DNA of 64,000 nt from an uncultured Gammaproteobacteria bacterium. Its GTDB lineage: Bacteria > Pseudomonadota > Gammaproteobacteria > JACCXJ01. Numbering within the stretch: position 1 is the stretch's first letter; each line of letters starts with the position of its first letter. The notes under the pieces were generated by a model that was given only the letters and a program-made list of their open reading frames with translations, had not been told where the DNA came from and made no database searches. The DNA is taken from positions 96,001-160,000 of the forward strand of contig CAVXTM010000018.1 in assembly GCA_963764725.1 (NCBI GenBank), written 5' to 3'. This document shows positions 1-10,021 of the stretch, piece after piece. Position numbers and translations under genes: made by a program.

Positions 1-2104
1 TGTTAAGCTTAAGATCAACGTCAAGATTCACGAGCCCAGCAAACTGCTGCCCTTTGTTGACGAGTGCGTCCACCAAAGTTTGCAGCTCGGCATAGGAATT
101 TGCCTGCACCACGAATTGCACCGGCCGGCTGGCAAAGCTTTGGCCGAGCGAAGGGGGATTGCTCGGGAACGCTAAGACGCCAGGCAAGGAAAAGAGCTTG
201 GGCTGTAGTGCCGCCGCTAGTTCCTGCTGGCTGAGCGTGCGTTCCGACCACGGCTTGAGGTTAATAAAGGCCAAGGCCGAGTTGACCGGGTTGGGTCGCT
301 GGAGGCCGGGGGCCACCACCATGAAATACCCTTTCACCTCGGGGATCCGGCTTAGAATGTCCTCGATCCGTCGCGCGTAGCGGTCGGTGTAGGCCATCGT
401 AGCCCCTTCCGGGGCGCTGACGCTAGCGATGATGATGGATCGATCCTCAATCGGCGCAAGTTCCGACTTGAGCTCGGTGAACAGAACCGCGCTCATGGCC
501 GCGACGCCAAGCACCCCAAGCAAGACCATCCCCCTGTGCTTCAATGCCGCCGTTAGAACCTTGCGATAGGCGAGCGTCAGACTCGCCAACCAACGCTCGG
601 AAGCCGTATATATCCAGCCGTGCGCCGACCGGGCCACGAGCATCTTGGAGCACATCATCGGCGTCAGGGTCAAGGCCACGAACCCCGAGACCATCACGGC
701 CGCGGATACCGCCAAGGCGAATTCCCGAAACAACCTGCCGGTGTTGCCGCTCATATACGCAAGCGGGGCAAAAACGGTGGCAAGCGTCAAGGTCATCGCG
801 ATCACCGCGAAGGCGATCTCGCGGCTCCCTTCGAACGCCGCACGGACCGGAGCCATACCCTGCTCGATGCGGCGGTAGATGTTCTCGAGCATGACGATGG
901 CATCATCGACGACCAATCCGATGGCCAGGACGAGTGCAAGCAAGGTGAGCACATTGACCGTGAAACCGAAGGCATAGATAAAGATAAAGGCCCCGATGAG
1001 CGATACCGGGATAGTGACGAACGGAATGAGCGTCGCGCGCACCGAACGCAGAAACACGAAGGTCACCGCCAAGACCAGCAGCAAGGCCTGCCCCAGCGTG
1101 TAAAACACCTCTTCGATCGAGCGTTCAATAAACAGCGCGCTGTCATAGGCCACGCGCAGTTGCATTCCCGGCGGCAGGCTTGCCGTGATCGCGGGTAGCT
1201 CGTTCTTAACCGCTTGCGCCACCTCGAGCGTATTAGCGGTGGATTGCTTGACGACCCCGAGCCCCACGGCCGGCTGCCCGTTAACGCGTACGGCGTTGCG
1301 ATCATCCTCCGCGCCGAGCTCGGCGCGGCCAACGTCCCGCAAGCGAACCGGGTAACCGTCAACCTCACGGATAATCAGTTGATTGAACTGTTCGGGCGTG
1401 CGTAAATCGGACTCGGTCAGTACCGAGAATTCGCGCTCGCGGCTTTCGATGCGGCCCGCGGGGATCTCGACGTTGCGTTGATTCAAGGCGTCTTCGATAT
1501 CCTGGGGCGACAACTCGTAGCCTGCGAGCCGCGCCCGGTTCAGCCAGATCCGCATGGCATAGCGGCGCTCTCCGCCGATGATGATGCTGGCGACACCCGC
1601 TAAGGATTGCAACCGATCCTCGACATAACGATCGGCGAAATCGGTGATCTCTAGCGGTGTATGCCGATCACTGAAAAATGCCAGCCAGATGATGGCCTGG
1701 TCATCGACATCGACCTTCGAGATAACAGGTTCATCCGCTTCGCGCGGGAGCTGATCGCGCGCCCGCGAAACTCTGTCTCGTACGTCCGCCGCCGCGGCAT
1801 CCGGATCGCGATCGGGTTGGAACGTGATACTGATCTGGCTGACTTCCTCGCGGCTGACGGATTTCAAGGTTTTGATACCCTCAATACCCGCGACCGAGTC
1901 CTCGATCGGCCGGGTGACTTGGCTTTCGATGACTTCGCTCGAGGCGCCTGGGTAGACGGTGCGCACCGTCATCGCCGGCGCATCGATGTCGGGATACTCG
2001 CGCACCGGCAAGCGCTCATAAGCCATGAGCCCGAGCAACACCAGCACCAGGCTCATGACCGTGGCCAGCACGGGACGGCGGATCGAGAGATCGGAGAGGA
2101 CCAT
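1..2104 (-). CDS. RND efflux permease (AcrB/AcrD/AcrF family), runs off the left edge
   Basis: Not in ORF track. Manual translation from ATG 2104: MVLSDLSIRRPVLATVMSLVLVLLGLMAYERLPVREYPDID...LAIGLVVDDAIVMLENIYRR (RND TM4 DDAIV motif). Confidence 0.95.
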   Translation of the reverse strand, partial: MVLSDLSIRRPVLATVMSLVLVLLGLMAYERLPVREYPDIDAPAMTVRTVYPGASSEVIESQVTRPIEDSVAGIEGIKTLKSVSREEVSQISITFQPDRDPDAAAADVRDRVSRARDQLPREADEPVISKVDVDDQAIIWLAFFSDRHTPLEITDFADRYVEDRLQSLAGVASIIIGGERRYAMRIWLNRARLAGYELSPQDIEDALNQRNVEIPAGRIESREREFSVLTESDLRTPEQFNQLIIREVDGYPVRLRDVGRAELGAEDDRNAVRVNGQPAVGLGVVKQSTANTLEVAQAVKNELPAITASLPPGMQLRVAYDSALFIERSIEEVFYTLGQALLLVLAVTFVFLRSVRATLIPFVTIPVSLIGAFIFIYAFGFTVNVLTLLALVLAIGLVVDDAIVMLENIYRRIEQGMAPVRAAFEGSREIAFAVIAMTLTLATVFAPLAYMSGNTGRLFREFALAVSAAVMVSGFVALTLTPMMCSKMLVARSAHGWIYTASERWLASLTLAYRKVLTAALKHRGMVLLGVLGVAAMSAVLFTELKSELAPIEDRSIIIASVSAPEGATMAYTDRYARRIEDILSRIPEVKGYFMVVAPGLQRPNPVNSALAFINLKPWSERTLSQQELAAALQPKLFSLPGVLAFPSNPPSLGQSFASRPVQFVVQANSYAELQTLVDALVNKGQQFAGLVNLDVDLKLN

Positions 2105-2111
2105 GGGAAAG

Positions 2112-3209
2112 CTACCCGGCGGCTGGATCGACGCCGCGGGCGTCGGACCAGTCCGTGGCTTGGATCGGGACGCCGTCCTGGAGCTTGGCGTAGCCCTCCG
2201 TCACGACAATGTCACCTACCCCCAAACCGGCGGTGATTTCGACCTCTCCGGGGACGCGCGTCCCGGTGGTGACCTGGGTCAGCACGGCTTTACCGCCGAC
2301 CGCGCGGTACACGAACTGGCCACTCGCCATCGGCACCAGGGCCTGTTCCGGCACCCACAACGCGTCCTTCCGCACCGACAGGATGAGGCTGGCGCGGGCG
2401 AACATGCCTGGCCGTAACTTGAGGTGCTCATTGGGGATGCGACCCCGGACCCGAAGGCTACGGGAGGCTTCGTCGATGCGCGGGTCGACGGCGTAGATCT
2501 CGCCCTCGAAGATGGTCTCCGGAAAGGCTTCGACTTGAACGACGATCCGCTGGGCCGGCCGCACCTCGGCCGCGTGGCGCTCCGGGATGCGGAGATCGAT
2601 CTTGATGGGATCGATGGCCTCCAGGTTGACCAGATCCTGGCCCTTCTTGACATAATCGCCGGGACTGATCCGCCGCAAACCGAGGATGCCGCTGAAGGGC
2701 GCGCGCAGCACGGTCTTGTTCAAGCGTGCCCGGGCCAAGGCGAGAGTGGCGCGCGCCTCCTTGAGGACCGCGTCCATCTCGTCGTATTCTTGCTTGCTCA
2801 TCACCCGCTTGGTGAGGAGATCGCGGGCGCGTTTGAATTTCAATTCCCCGAGTGCCAGGCCGGCTTCACGCTGATCGACCTCCGCCCGGTATTCGACGGG
2901 ATTGAGCATGACCAACACGTGGTCCTTGTCGACCGGCTGGCCTTCTTGAACATCGAGGGCGCCGACCCGCCCGTCGATCTCCGAGCGGATCACGACCGCC
3001 TCGTCCGCGAGGAGCGTACCGACGCTCTCTACTCTTTGGTTGGCGGGGCCCCTGCGCACGCCCGAGGTCACCACCGCAACCGCGGGGCTGCTCAACGCGG
3101 CCGGCGCCGGGCCGAGGCTTTGAGGGTGGGGCGTTACGGGGCGCAAGTAGTACCCCACCGTGCCGGCACATAGAAAAAGTGCCAATAGTATCGCTAGAGC
3201 CTTCTTCAC
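2112..3209 (-). CDS. RND membrane fusion protein (periplasmic adaptor)
   Basis: N-terminal anchor KKALAILLALFL, LRAPFSGILGLRRISPGDYV, LRPGMFA; GTG start at 3209 preferred; directly upstream of the permease. Confidence 0.92.
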   Translation of the reverse strand: MKKALAILLALFLCAGTVGYYLRPVTPHPQSLGPAPAALSSPAVAVVTSGVRRGPANQRVESVGTLLADEAVVIRSEIDGRVGALDVQEGQPVDKDHVLVMLNPVEYRAEVDQREAGLALGELKFKRARDLLTKRVMSKQEYDEMDAVLKEARATLALARARLNKTVLRAPFSGILGLRRISPGDYVKKGQDLVNLEAIDPIKIDLRIPERHAAEVRPAQRIVVQVEAFPETIFEGEIYAVDPRIDEASRSLRVRGRIPNEHLKLRPGMFARASLILSVRKDALWVPEQALVPMASGQFVYRAVGGKAVLTQVTTGTRVPGEVEITAGLGVGDIVVTEGYAKLQDGVPIQATDWSDARGVDPAAG

Positions 3210-3293
3210 CTTGCGGGGAGCGATCGGTTTTGCTGGGGGGACGGGTCGTGGATAATGGCGTCCTTTGAGCGAGTGACAGTAGCATACGTGCTT

Positions 3294-4412
3294 ATGGGGC
3301 AAAATACACGGGGCGCCACGAGTGATTCCAGTGAGCCGTATACACGCGACGCGGCGAGCACCCGGCCCATCGCGCTGTGGCTACTTTACTGCTGTGCCCT
3401 GATCGCCATCATGGTCCTGCTCGGCGGCGTCACGCGGCTCAGGCACGCCGGGCTCTCGATCGTCGAATGGCAACCTCTGACGGGCGTAGTACCGCCGCTC
3501 AGCGCGCCCGCGTGGGAGGATGCCTTCGCTCAATACCAACGCTATCCCGAATACCAAAAACTCAACCGGGGTATGACGCTAGCCGAGTTCAAATCCATAT
3601 TTTGGTTGGAATACCTGCACCGGCTCTGGGGGCGGCTCATCGGGATCGCGTTCCTCGTGCCGTGCCTTTATTTCGCGCTCCGCCGCCGGATTGGGCGCGC
3701 GCTCATTCCCAAGCTCGCCGTCCTATTCGCACTCGGCGGGCTTCAGGGTGCTCTCGGCTGGTATATGGTGAAGAGCGGCCTCGTGGATCGGCCTGATGTC
3801 AGCCAATATCGCCTGAGCGCCCATCTCGGTCTGGCGGCGTTGATCTATGGTTATATGCTCTGGGTGGCGTTCGGCCTCTTGCGCCCCCGGATTGCGGCCG
3901 AAGGAGCGTTACCGCGTTATTGCTTTGCCGTCCTCGGTCTCGTCTTCGCGACCCTGGTCTCGGGCGGCTTCGTGGCCGGACTCGACGCCGGATTCGCCTA
4001 CAACACCTTTCCGCTCATGCAAGGCCAGTGGCTCCCCAAAGGACTTTGGCACATGCAGCCGTTCTATCGAAACCTCTTCGAGAACCTCATCACCGTGCAG
4101 TTTATGCACCGCGTTCTGGCCCTCGCCAGCTTGCTGGCCGTCGGTCTCCTGTGGCTCGCGGCGCGCCGCTCGCACCTCCCGGCGCGCGCGCATCGGGCCT
4201 GCCACTGGCTCTTGGGCGCTTGCGCCTTGCAGATCACACTCGGGATCTCCACCTTGATCCTCGTGGTGCCGCTACCCCTCGCCTTGGCCCATCAGGCGGG
4301 GGCGCTGCTGCTCCTGACGATGGCCATATGGACGTTGCACGAGATGCACGGTCCCCCTTTCAGATCTCGATCTGTGTCCCCAGCTCTATTACCCGGTTCG
4401 TCGGGATCCTGA
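3294..4412 (+). CDS. ctaA: Heme A synthase (COX15/CtaA)
   Basis: LGGVTRLxxAGLSIVEW, WLEYLHRLWGR, QGALGWYMVKSGL, VQFMHR; start approximate. Confidence 0.93.
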   Translation: MGQNTRGATSDSSEPYTRDAASTRPIALWLLYCCALIAIMVLLGGVTRLRHAGLSIVEWQPLTGVVPPLSAPAWEDAFAQYQRYPEYQKLNRGMTLAEFKSIFWLEYLHRLWGRLIGIAFLVPCLYFALRRRIGRALIPKLAVLFALGGLQGALGWYMVKSGLVDRPDVSQYRLSAHLGLAALIYGYMLWVAFGLLRPRIAAEGALPRYCFAVLGLVFATLVSGGFVAGLDAGFAYNTFPLMQGQWLPKGLWHMQPFYRNLFENLITVQFMHRVLALASLLAVGLLWLAARRSHLPARAHRACHWLLGACALQITLGISTLILVVPLPLALAHQAGALLLLTMAIWTLHEMHGPPFRSRSVSPALLPGSSGS

Positions 4413-6231
4413 AGAAATCCATCGCGCTCGCCGCGTTGCGTGACATCGTGATGAAGAGCTTTTCCCGCCAGCGCGCCATGCCCGGCCTCATGGTGGGGAT
4501 CATGGTCTCGCGGCTCAAGAAATACGAGGTTTCGAGCTGATTGAACTCGAGGCCGAAGGGACGGCAGCGCGCCAAGGCTTTGGGGACATCGGGGTCGTCC
4601 TGGAATCCGTAGCGGACAATGATACGGTAAAAATTATTCGCAAGCGGCAGAACCTCGAGGCGGCGACCCTCCGTGACCCAGGGAATGTCCTCGGTGATCA
4701 CGGTCAAGAACACCACCCGTTCGTGCAGGACCTTGTTGTGGGCTAAGTTATGCAGTAAGGCATGGGGAGCGCCTTCGCGATTGGCCGTGAGGAAGACAGC
4801 AGTTCCGGGTACGCGGTGCGGCGCGCCCTCGGCGAAACCGTATAGCACCGATTCGAGGGCGATGGCCTCCTCGCGCAGGCGGTCGGCGAGCAACGCCCGC
4901 CCCCGTTTCCAGGTGGTGAGCAGAGTGAATACCCCCGCCGCCACCACGATCGGGACCCACCCTCCTTGGAAGATCTTGAGCGAATTGGCACCGAAAAAGG
5001 CGAGATCGATGCCAAGGAAGAACAGGGCGCCGATGACCGTGGCCAGCCAACTCCATCCCCATAAACCCCGGATCACTACGAAGGCCAGCACGGTATCGAT
5101 GGCCATGGTTCCGGTGACCGCGATGCCATAGGCCGCCGCCAGATTGCTCGACGATTCGAAGCCAAGCACCAAGCCCACGGTCCCGATCAGCAATCCCCAG
5201 TTGATGGCGGGGAGATAAATCTGGCCCATCTCGGCTGCCGAGGTGTGCACGACCCGTAACCGCGGACAATAGCCGAGCTGCATCGCCTGGCGCGTGATCG
5301 AAAACGCCCCCGAGATGACGGCTTGCGAAGCGATCACGGTAGCGGCGGTCGCCAATGCCACCAGCGGATAGAGCGCCCAAGAAGGGGCCAAGAGATAAAA
5401 CGGGTTTTGGGCGGCGCCGGGATCGCGCAGGAGCAACGCACCTTGACCGAAGTAGTTGATGAGGAGGGCGGGCAGCACAAACCCGAACCACGCGAAGCGG
5501 ATGGGGCGTTTGCCGAAATGCCCGAGATCGGCATACAAGGCCTCCCCGCCCGTGATGGCCAGCACCACGACGCCCAACGATAAAAATGCAGCGCGCGGGT
5601 GGCCGGCGAAGAATTGGAAGCCGTAGACCGGATTCAGCGCCCGAAGCACCCGGGGCTCGTCGATGATCGCCATCGCCCCGAGCGCCGCGAGGCTCAAAAA
5701 CCAAACGCACATGATGGGGCTGAAGGCCGCCGCCACGCGCGCCGTGCCCCGGCGCTGAAACATAAAGAGGGTGCAGAGCACGGCCAGGGTGATCGGGGTC
5801 ACATAGGGCGCGAGCGCTGTGGTTCCGACCTTGAGGCCCTCCACGGCGCTCAACACCGAGATGGCCGGCGTGATGATGCCATCGCCGTAAAACAGCGCCG
5901 CACCGAAGAGCCCGAGCAACATCAATAACCCGACCGGCCGCGATTCGCGCGACACCGTGCGCCTGACCAGGGCCATCAGCGCCATAATCCCCCCCTCACC
6001 GTTATTGTCGGCCTGCAGAATAAGCACCACGTATTTGAGCGAGACCACGATCAGCAAGGCCCAGACGATGAGAGACAAGATCCCGAGTACGTTGCCGTGC
6101 GTGACCGCGATCCCGTACGGGCCGCCGAACGCCTCCCGGATCGTGTACAAGGGACTGGTGCCGATGTCGCCGTAGACCACGCCGATGGCGCCCACGGCAA
6201 GGCTTGTGACGGTGTTACGCGGCGGCTGCAT
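4360..6231 (-). CDS. kup: Potassium transporter Kup
   Basis: GVVYGDIGTSPLY, ADNNGEGG, EALYADLGHF, C-terminal RVIELGTQIEI. Confidence 0.97.
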   Translation of the reverse strand: MQPPRNTVTSLAVGAIGVVYGDIGTSPLYTIREAFGGPYGIAVTHGNVLGILSLIVWALLIVVSLKYVVLILQADNNGEGGIMALMALVRRTVSRESRPVGLLMLLGLFGAALFYGDGIITPAISVLSAVEGLKVGTTALAPYVTPITLAVLCTLFMFQRRGTARVAAAFSPIMCVWFLSLAALGAMAIIDEPRVLRALNPVYGFQFFAGHPRAAFLSLGVVVLAITGGEALYADLGHFGKRPIRFAWFGFVLPALLINYFGQGALLLRDPGAAQNPFYLLAPSWALYPLVALATAATVIASQAVISGAFSITRQAMQLGYCPRLRVVHTSAAEMGQIYLPAINWGLLIGTVGLVLGFESSSNLAAAYGIAVTGTMAIDTVLAFVVIRGLWGWSWLATVIGALFFLGIDLAFFGANSLKIFQGGWVPIVVAAGVFTLLTTWKRGRALLADRLREEAIALESVLYGFAEGAPHRVPGTAVFLTANREGAPHALLHNLAHNKVLHERVVFLTVITEDIPWVTEGRRLEVLPLANNFYRIIVRYGFQDDPDVPKALARCRPFGLEFNQLETSYFLSRETMIPTMRPGMARWREKLFITMSRNAASAMDFFRIPTNRVIELGTQIEI

Positions 6232-6255
6232 CGGCGAGGAAATCGATACCGCGGG

Positions 6256-6894
6256 CTAGGGTAAAGGCAGAGCGCCGGATACAATGCGCTCGAGCGTCGC
6301 CACCAACAAGCGATGCTCGCAAGCCAAGACCCGCTCGGCAAGTGTCTTGACCGTATCCCCGAGCTCGACAGGCACCCGGCACTGGGCGAGGATCGGTCCG
6401 CAGTCGTATTCGGCATCCACCAGATGAATGCTCACCCCGGTCTCCGTCTCACCCGCCGCCAAGACCGCCGCGTGCACGCGATCCCCGTACATGCCCTGCC
6501 CGCCGAAGCGGGGCAACAAGGCAGGATGAATGTTGATCACCCGCCCTCGATAGTGCCCGAGCACCCGGGGACCGAGCCGTTTCATGTACCCTGCCAATAC
6601 CACGAGTCCGGCCTCGTGGCGCGTCAATGCCGTCAAAATCTCCATATCGAGCGCCACCGGATCGGGGTGGGTCCGCAGGCTCAGATGGTAATCCGGAATG
6701 CGCTCGCGGCGCGCCCGCAGCAAGGCTTCCGCATCCCCGTTGTTGCTGATGACCACGCGGGGCTCGGCCGCTAAGCGTCCGCTGTTGCAGGCGTCGATGA
6801 CTGCCTGCATGTTGCTTCCGCGATGGGATGCGAGCAACCCGAGCTGATTCAAGGGGGGTAGGCTCCCTGAACGGGGCACGCGGCGATCGATCAT
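6256..6894 (-). CDS. purN: Phosphoribosylglycinamide formyltransferase
   Basis: LASHRGSNMQA, LAGYM, INIHPALLP, IHLVDAEYDCGPI; ATG 6894 overlaps the upstream stop (ATGA). Confidence 0.9.
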   Translation of the reverse strand: MIDRRVPRSGSLPPLNQLGLLASHRGSNMQAVIDACNSGRLAAEPRVVISNNGDAEALLRARRERIPDYHLSLRTHPDPVALDMEILTALTRHEAGLVVLAGYMKRLGPRVLGHYRGRVINIHPALLPRFGGQGMYGDRVHAAVLAAGETETGVSIHLVDAEYDCGPILAQCRVPVELGDTVKTLAERVLACEHRLLVATLERIVSGALPLP

Positions 6895-7436
6895 CGCCGG
6901 CGTTCGATTTGCGCTAAGATCTCCTCGTAGCTCCGATCCACGATGCCGCCAAAGAGCGGATCCTCGCTCGCTGCGGCGGCGGCCGTCAGTTCTTTCCAAT
7001 CTTCATCGCTCAGCACCGTGATTAACCTTGGAAATATATCGCTCTCCTCGCGCGCGGAATGTGCGCGACTGAGCGCGACGTATTCGTGGCCCAGCGTGCT
7101 GAGCTTATCCACGGAGGTGATCCCTCCGCCGACCACGCCCCGCACCAGATCGGAGAAGGCCTTACCCGTGTACCGCAAGCGCTCATGCTCCCCGATGAGC
7201 TCAGCGACCGGATCGCTGCTACCCGGATCGAGTTGAGCGAGCCGGGTAAAGATTCTGTCTTCCAAAGGATGATGGGCCACGTCCGGGTAGACGGCCATGT
7301 AGTCCATGATGTCCGCCATCAAGCGAAAGTTACCGTTCTCCCCGCGGTCAACGGTCTCGATCTCCGCATCGAGCAAGGCTAAGAGCTTGGAAAAATTATC
7401 ATGCTCGCCTTGCAGCCGCCGTATCAACTCAGACAT
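6891..7436 (-). CDS. Hemerythrin-domain protein
   Basis: LQGEHDNF, YPDVAHHPLEDRIF, EHERL, HSAREESDIFP di-iron ligand pattern; GAGGAGG RBS before ATG 7436. Confidence 0.85.
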   Translation of the reverse strand: MSELIRRLQGEHDNFSKLLALLDAEIETVDRGENGNFRLMADIMDYMAVYPDVAHHPLEDRIFTRLAQLDPGSSDPVAELIGEHERLRYTGKAFSDLVRGVVGGGITSVDKLSTLGHEYVALSRAHSAREESDIFPRLITVLSDEDWKELTAAAAASEDPLFGGIVDRSYEEILAQIERRR

Positions 7437-7507
7437 CCGCCCCTCCTCGGCCACTCTGATGTGAGTTACATTTACATTTCTAACGGGACATGCGTTTGGG
7501 CTCGCAC

Positions 7508-8782
7508 CTATAGCTTTACGGTGTACGTCCTCTGCACATAGTCATCCACCAACTGCTGGAATTCCTCGGCGATCCTCTCCCCGCGCAGGGTCAAGGCCTT
7601 TTGCCCATCGATGAAGACCGGCGCCGCGGGCGCCTCGCCGGTGCCGGGAAGGCTGATCCCGATGTTGGCGTGCTTGCTCTCGCCGGGTCCGTTGACCACG
7701 CAGCCCATGACCGCCAAGCTCATGTCTTCCACCCCCGAGTACTTTTCGCGCCAGAGGGGCATTTGAGCGCGGACATAGGACTGGATCTTGTCCGCTAGTT
7801 CTTGAAAAACGGTGCTCGTCGTACGCCCGCAGCCGGGACAGGCGGTCACCAGGGGCGTGAACGAACGCAAACCCATGGTTTGCAGGATCTCTTGTGCCAC
7901 GACTACTTCGGTGCTCCGCTCACCCCCAGGCTCAGGCGTGAGTGAGACGCGGATCGTATCGCCCACGCCTTGCTGAAGTAACATCGCCAAGGCCGCGGTC
8001 GAGGCCACGATCCCCTTCGAGCCCATCCCCGCCTCCGTCAGGCCCAGATGCAAGGCGTAATCGCAGCGCCGAGCGAGCTGCGTATACACGGCGATCAAAT
8101 CCTGTACGCCGCTGACCTTACACGAGAGCACGATATGATCTCGGCCGAGCCCAAGCGCCTCGGCGCGCCGGGCGCTGTCAAGGGCGGATACGATCAAAGC
8201 CTCCTGGGTGACTTCCCGCGCATCCCGCGGCTGCGCCAGCCGGGCGTTTTCGTCCATGAGGCGGGTTAGCAAGGCCCCGTCCAAGCTGCCCCAATTCACG
8301 CCGATCCGGACGGGCTTACCGTACTGCAGCGCAGCCTCGATCATGACGCTGAACTGTGGATCGCGCTTGGGTCCGAAGCCGACGTTACCCGGATTGATAC
8401 GGTACTTGGCCAAGGCCTGAGCGCAATCAGGATACTTCGTTAACAAGAGATGGCCGTTGTAATGGAAGTCACCGATGAGCGGCACGTGGCAGCCGGAGGC
8501 ATCCAGCATCCCGCGAATGCGGCCCACCTGGCGGGCTGCATCCTCGGTATTGACGGTGACGCGAACCAGCTCGGATCCGGCCGTGGCTAACTCCTGTACT
8601 TGCTTTACGGTCGCCACCGCATCGGCGGTGTCCGTGTTGGTCATCGACTGCACCACCACCGGCGCGCCGCCTCCGATGACGACCGATCCCACCTTAACAG
8701 CGACACTGCGCCGACGCGGCGAAGCCGCGTAGAGCCGCTGCCCGGAGGGCTCCGAGACAGGATTTTTAACGGGTTCTAGCAT
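7508..8782 (-). CDS. ispG: HMBPP synthase (flavodoxin-dependent)
   Basis: [48 protein letters not shown]. Confidence 0.97.
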   Translation of the reverse strand: MLEPVKNPVSEPSGQRLYAASPRRRSVAVKVGSVVIGGGAPVVVQSMTNTDTADAVATVKQVQELATAGSELVRVTVNTEDAARQVGRIRGMLDASGCHVPLIGDFHYNGHLLLTKYPDCAQALAKYRINPGNVGFGPKRDPQFSVMIEAALQYGKPVRIGVNWGSLDGALLTRLMDENARLAQPRDAREVTQEALIVSALDSARRAEALGLGRDHIVLSCKVSGVQDLIAVYTQLARRCDYALHLGLTEAGMGSKGIVASTAALAMLLQQGVGDTIRVSLTPEPGGERSTEVVVAQEILQTMGLRSFTPLVTACPGCGRTTSTVFQELADKIQSYVRAQMPLWREKYSGVEDMSLAVMGCVVNGPGESKHANIGISLPGTGEAPAAPVFIDGQKALTLRGERIAEEFQQLVDDYVQRTYTVKL

Positions 8783-8867
8783 GCGTCCCCCAGATATTCT
8801 AAATCTTGCGTTTAATGTTATCTTAGAAGTGTGAATGGGCGCAAAAGCGACTAGAGGAGGCTAACGC

Positions 8868-9320
8868 ATGGCTCGAGGTATTAACAAGGTGATTCTCATC
8901 GGTAATCTCGGTGCCGACCCCGAGGTCCGGTTCATGCCGAGCGGCCAAGCGGTGGCCAACGTGCGCTTGGCGACTAATGAAACCTGGCGCGATCGTGAGA
9001 CCGGGGAGAGCCAAGAACGCACCGAGTGGCATCGCGTGGTGTTCTTCGGCAAGCTCGCCGACATCGTCAAGGAATACCTGCATAAAGGCTCGCAGATCTT
9101 CGTCGAAGGGCGAATACAGACCAAGAAGTGGCAAGACAAGGACGGCCATGACCGGTACACGACCGAGATCATCGCGAACGAGATGCAGATGCTGGGCGCG
9201 CGTGGCGGGGGTACGGTGCCCTTCGAGAACGAACCTCCGGACGAGCGAGCGCCGGCGCCTTCCGCGTCTCCGGCAAGCCCAACGGCCCCCGCCGATCTCG
9301 ACGACGATATTCCATTTTAG
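8868..9320 (+). CDS. ssb: Single-stranded DNA-binding protein
   Basis: [29 protein letters not shown]-terminal DDDIPF. Confidence 0.98.
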   Translation: MARGINKVILIGNLGADPEVRFMPSGQAVANVRLATNETWRDRETGESQERTEWHRVVFFGKLADIVKEYLHKGSQIFVEGRIQTKKWQDKDGHDRYTTEIIANEMQMLGARGGGTVPFENEPPDERAPAPSASPASPTAPADLDDDIPF

Positions 9321-9359
9321 CGAGCGCTCGCGGCCGGAGGGGCCTATAGCACGGCGGAC

Positions 9360-9971
9360 GTGGACAGGTATGGAAGCTACGCTGAACTCTGCGCGTCCGA
9401 AATCGAAGGGCGCGACTACCGTGTGCACGTTCGGCTTGCGGATTCTCCATTTGCCGTGGTCGCTCCGCACGGCGGCCGCATCGAACGAGGCACCATGCCG
9501 ATCGCCGAGGCGATTGCCGGCAACGAGTACACGTATTATTGTTTTGAAGGGATCAAACCGCGCCGCAACTACTCCCTCCATATCACCAGCGATAATTTCG
9601 ATGAGCCGCGCGCCCTAGCCGCCGTCGAGCGCGCACGCACCGTCGTAACTATCCACGGCGCAGGCGGATCGGACCGTGTGGTTTATCTCGGGGGACTGGA
9701 TGGCGCGCTGCGCGCACGTTTAATTTCCGCGCTCGACGCATCGGGCTTCGCCGCGGCCGAGGACCCGAGCGCCACGCGCCAAGGCACCGGGAAGACCAAT
9801 ATCTGCAACCGCGGACGCTCGGGGCGAGGGGTACAAATCGAGCTGCCCGTCGGCCTTCGCAAGCAGATGTTTCACCAATCCGCGCCCGGACTATGGGGCC
9901 CGAACGCGCTATGCCACCGCTTCGTGGACAGCATACGCGCGGTGTTGAGCGAGTATGCGCAAGCATCCTAA
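9360..9971 (+). CDS. Poly-gamma-glutamate hydrolase family protein (DUF867/PghP-like)
   Basis: APHGGRIERGT, HITSDNFDEP, VTIHG, NICNR, GVQIEL motifs. Confidence 0.82.
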   Translation: MDRYGSYAELCASEIEGRDYRVHVRLADSPFAVVAPHGGRIERGTMPIAEAIAGNEYTYYCFEGIKPRRNYSLHITSDNFDEPRALAAVERARTVVTIHGAGGSDRVVYLGGLDGALRARLISALDASGFAAAEDPSATRQGTGKTNICNRGRSGRGVQIELPVGLRKQMFHQSAPGLWGPNALCHRFVDSIRAVLSEYAQAS

Positions 9972-10021
9972 GCGTTTTTCCCCCGCGGTCCGAAGGACGC
10001 GATCCGATCTTTCACCCCGCG

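Noticed and set aside
7459-7475. CRP/FNR-like box upstream of the hemerythrin gene
   Set aside because: The TGTGA half-site has no correctly spaced TCACA.
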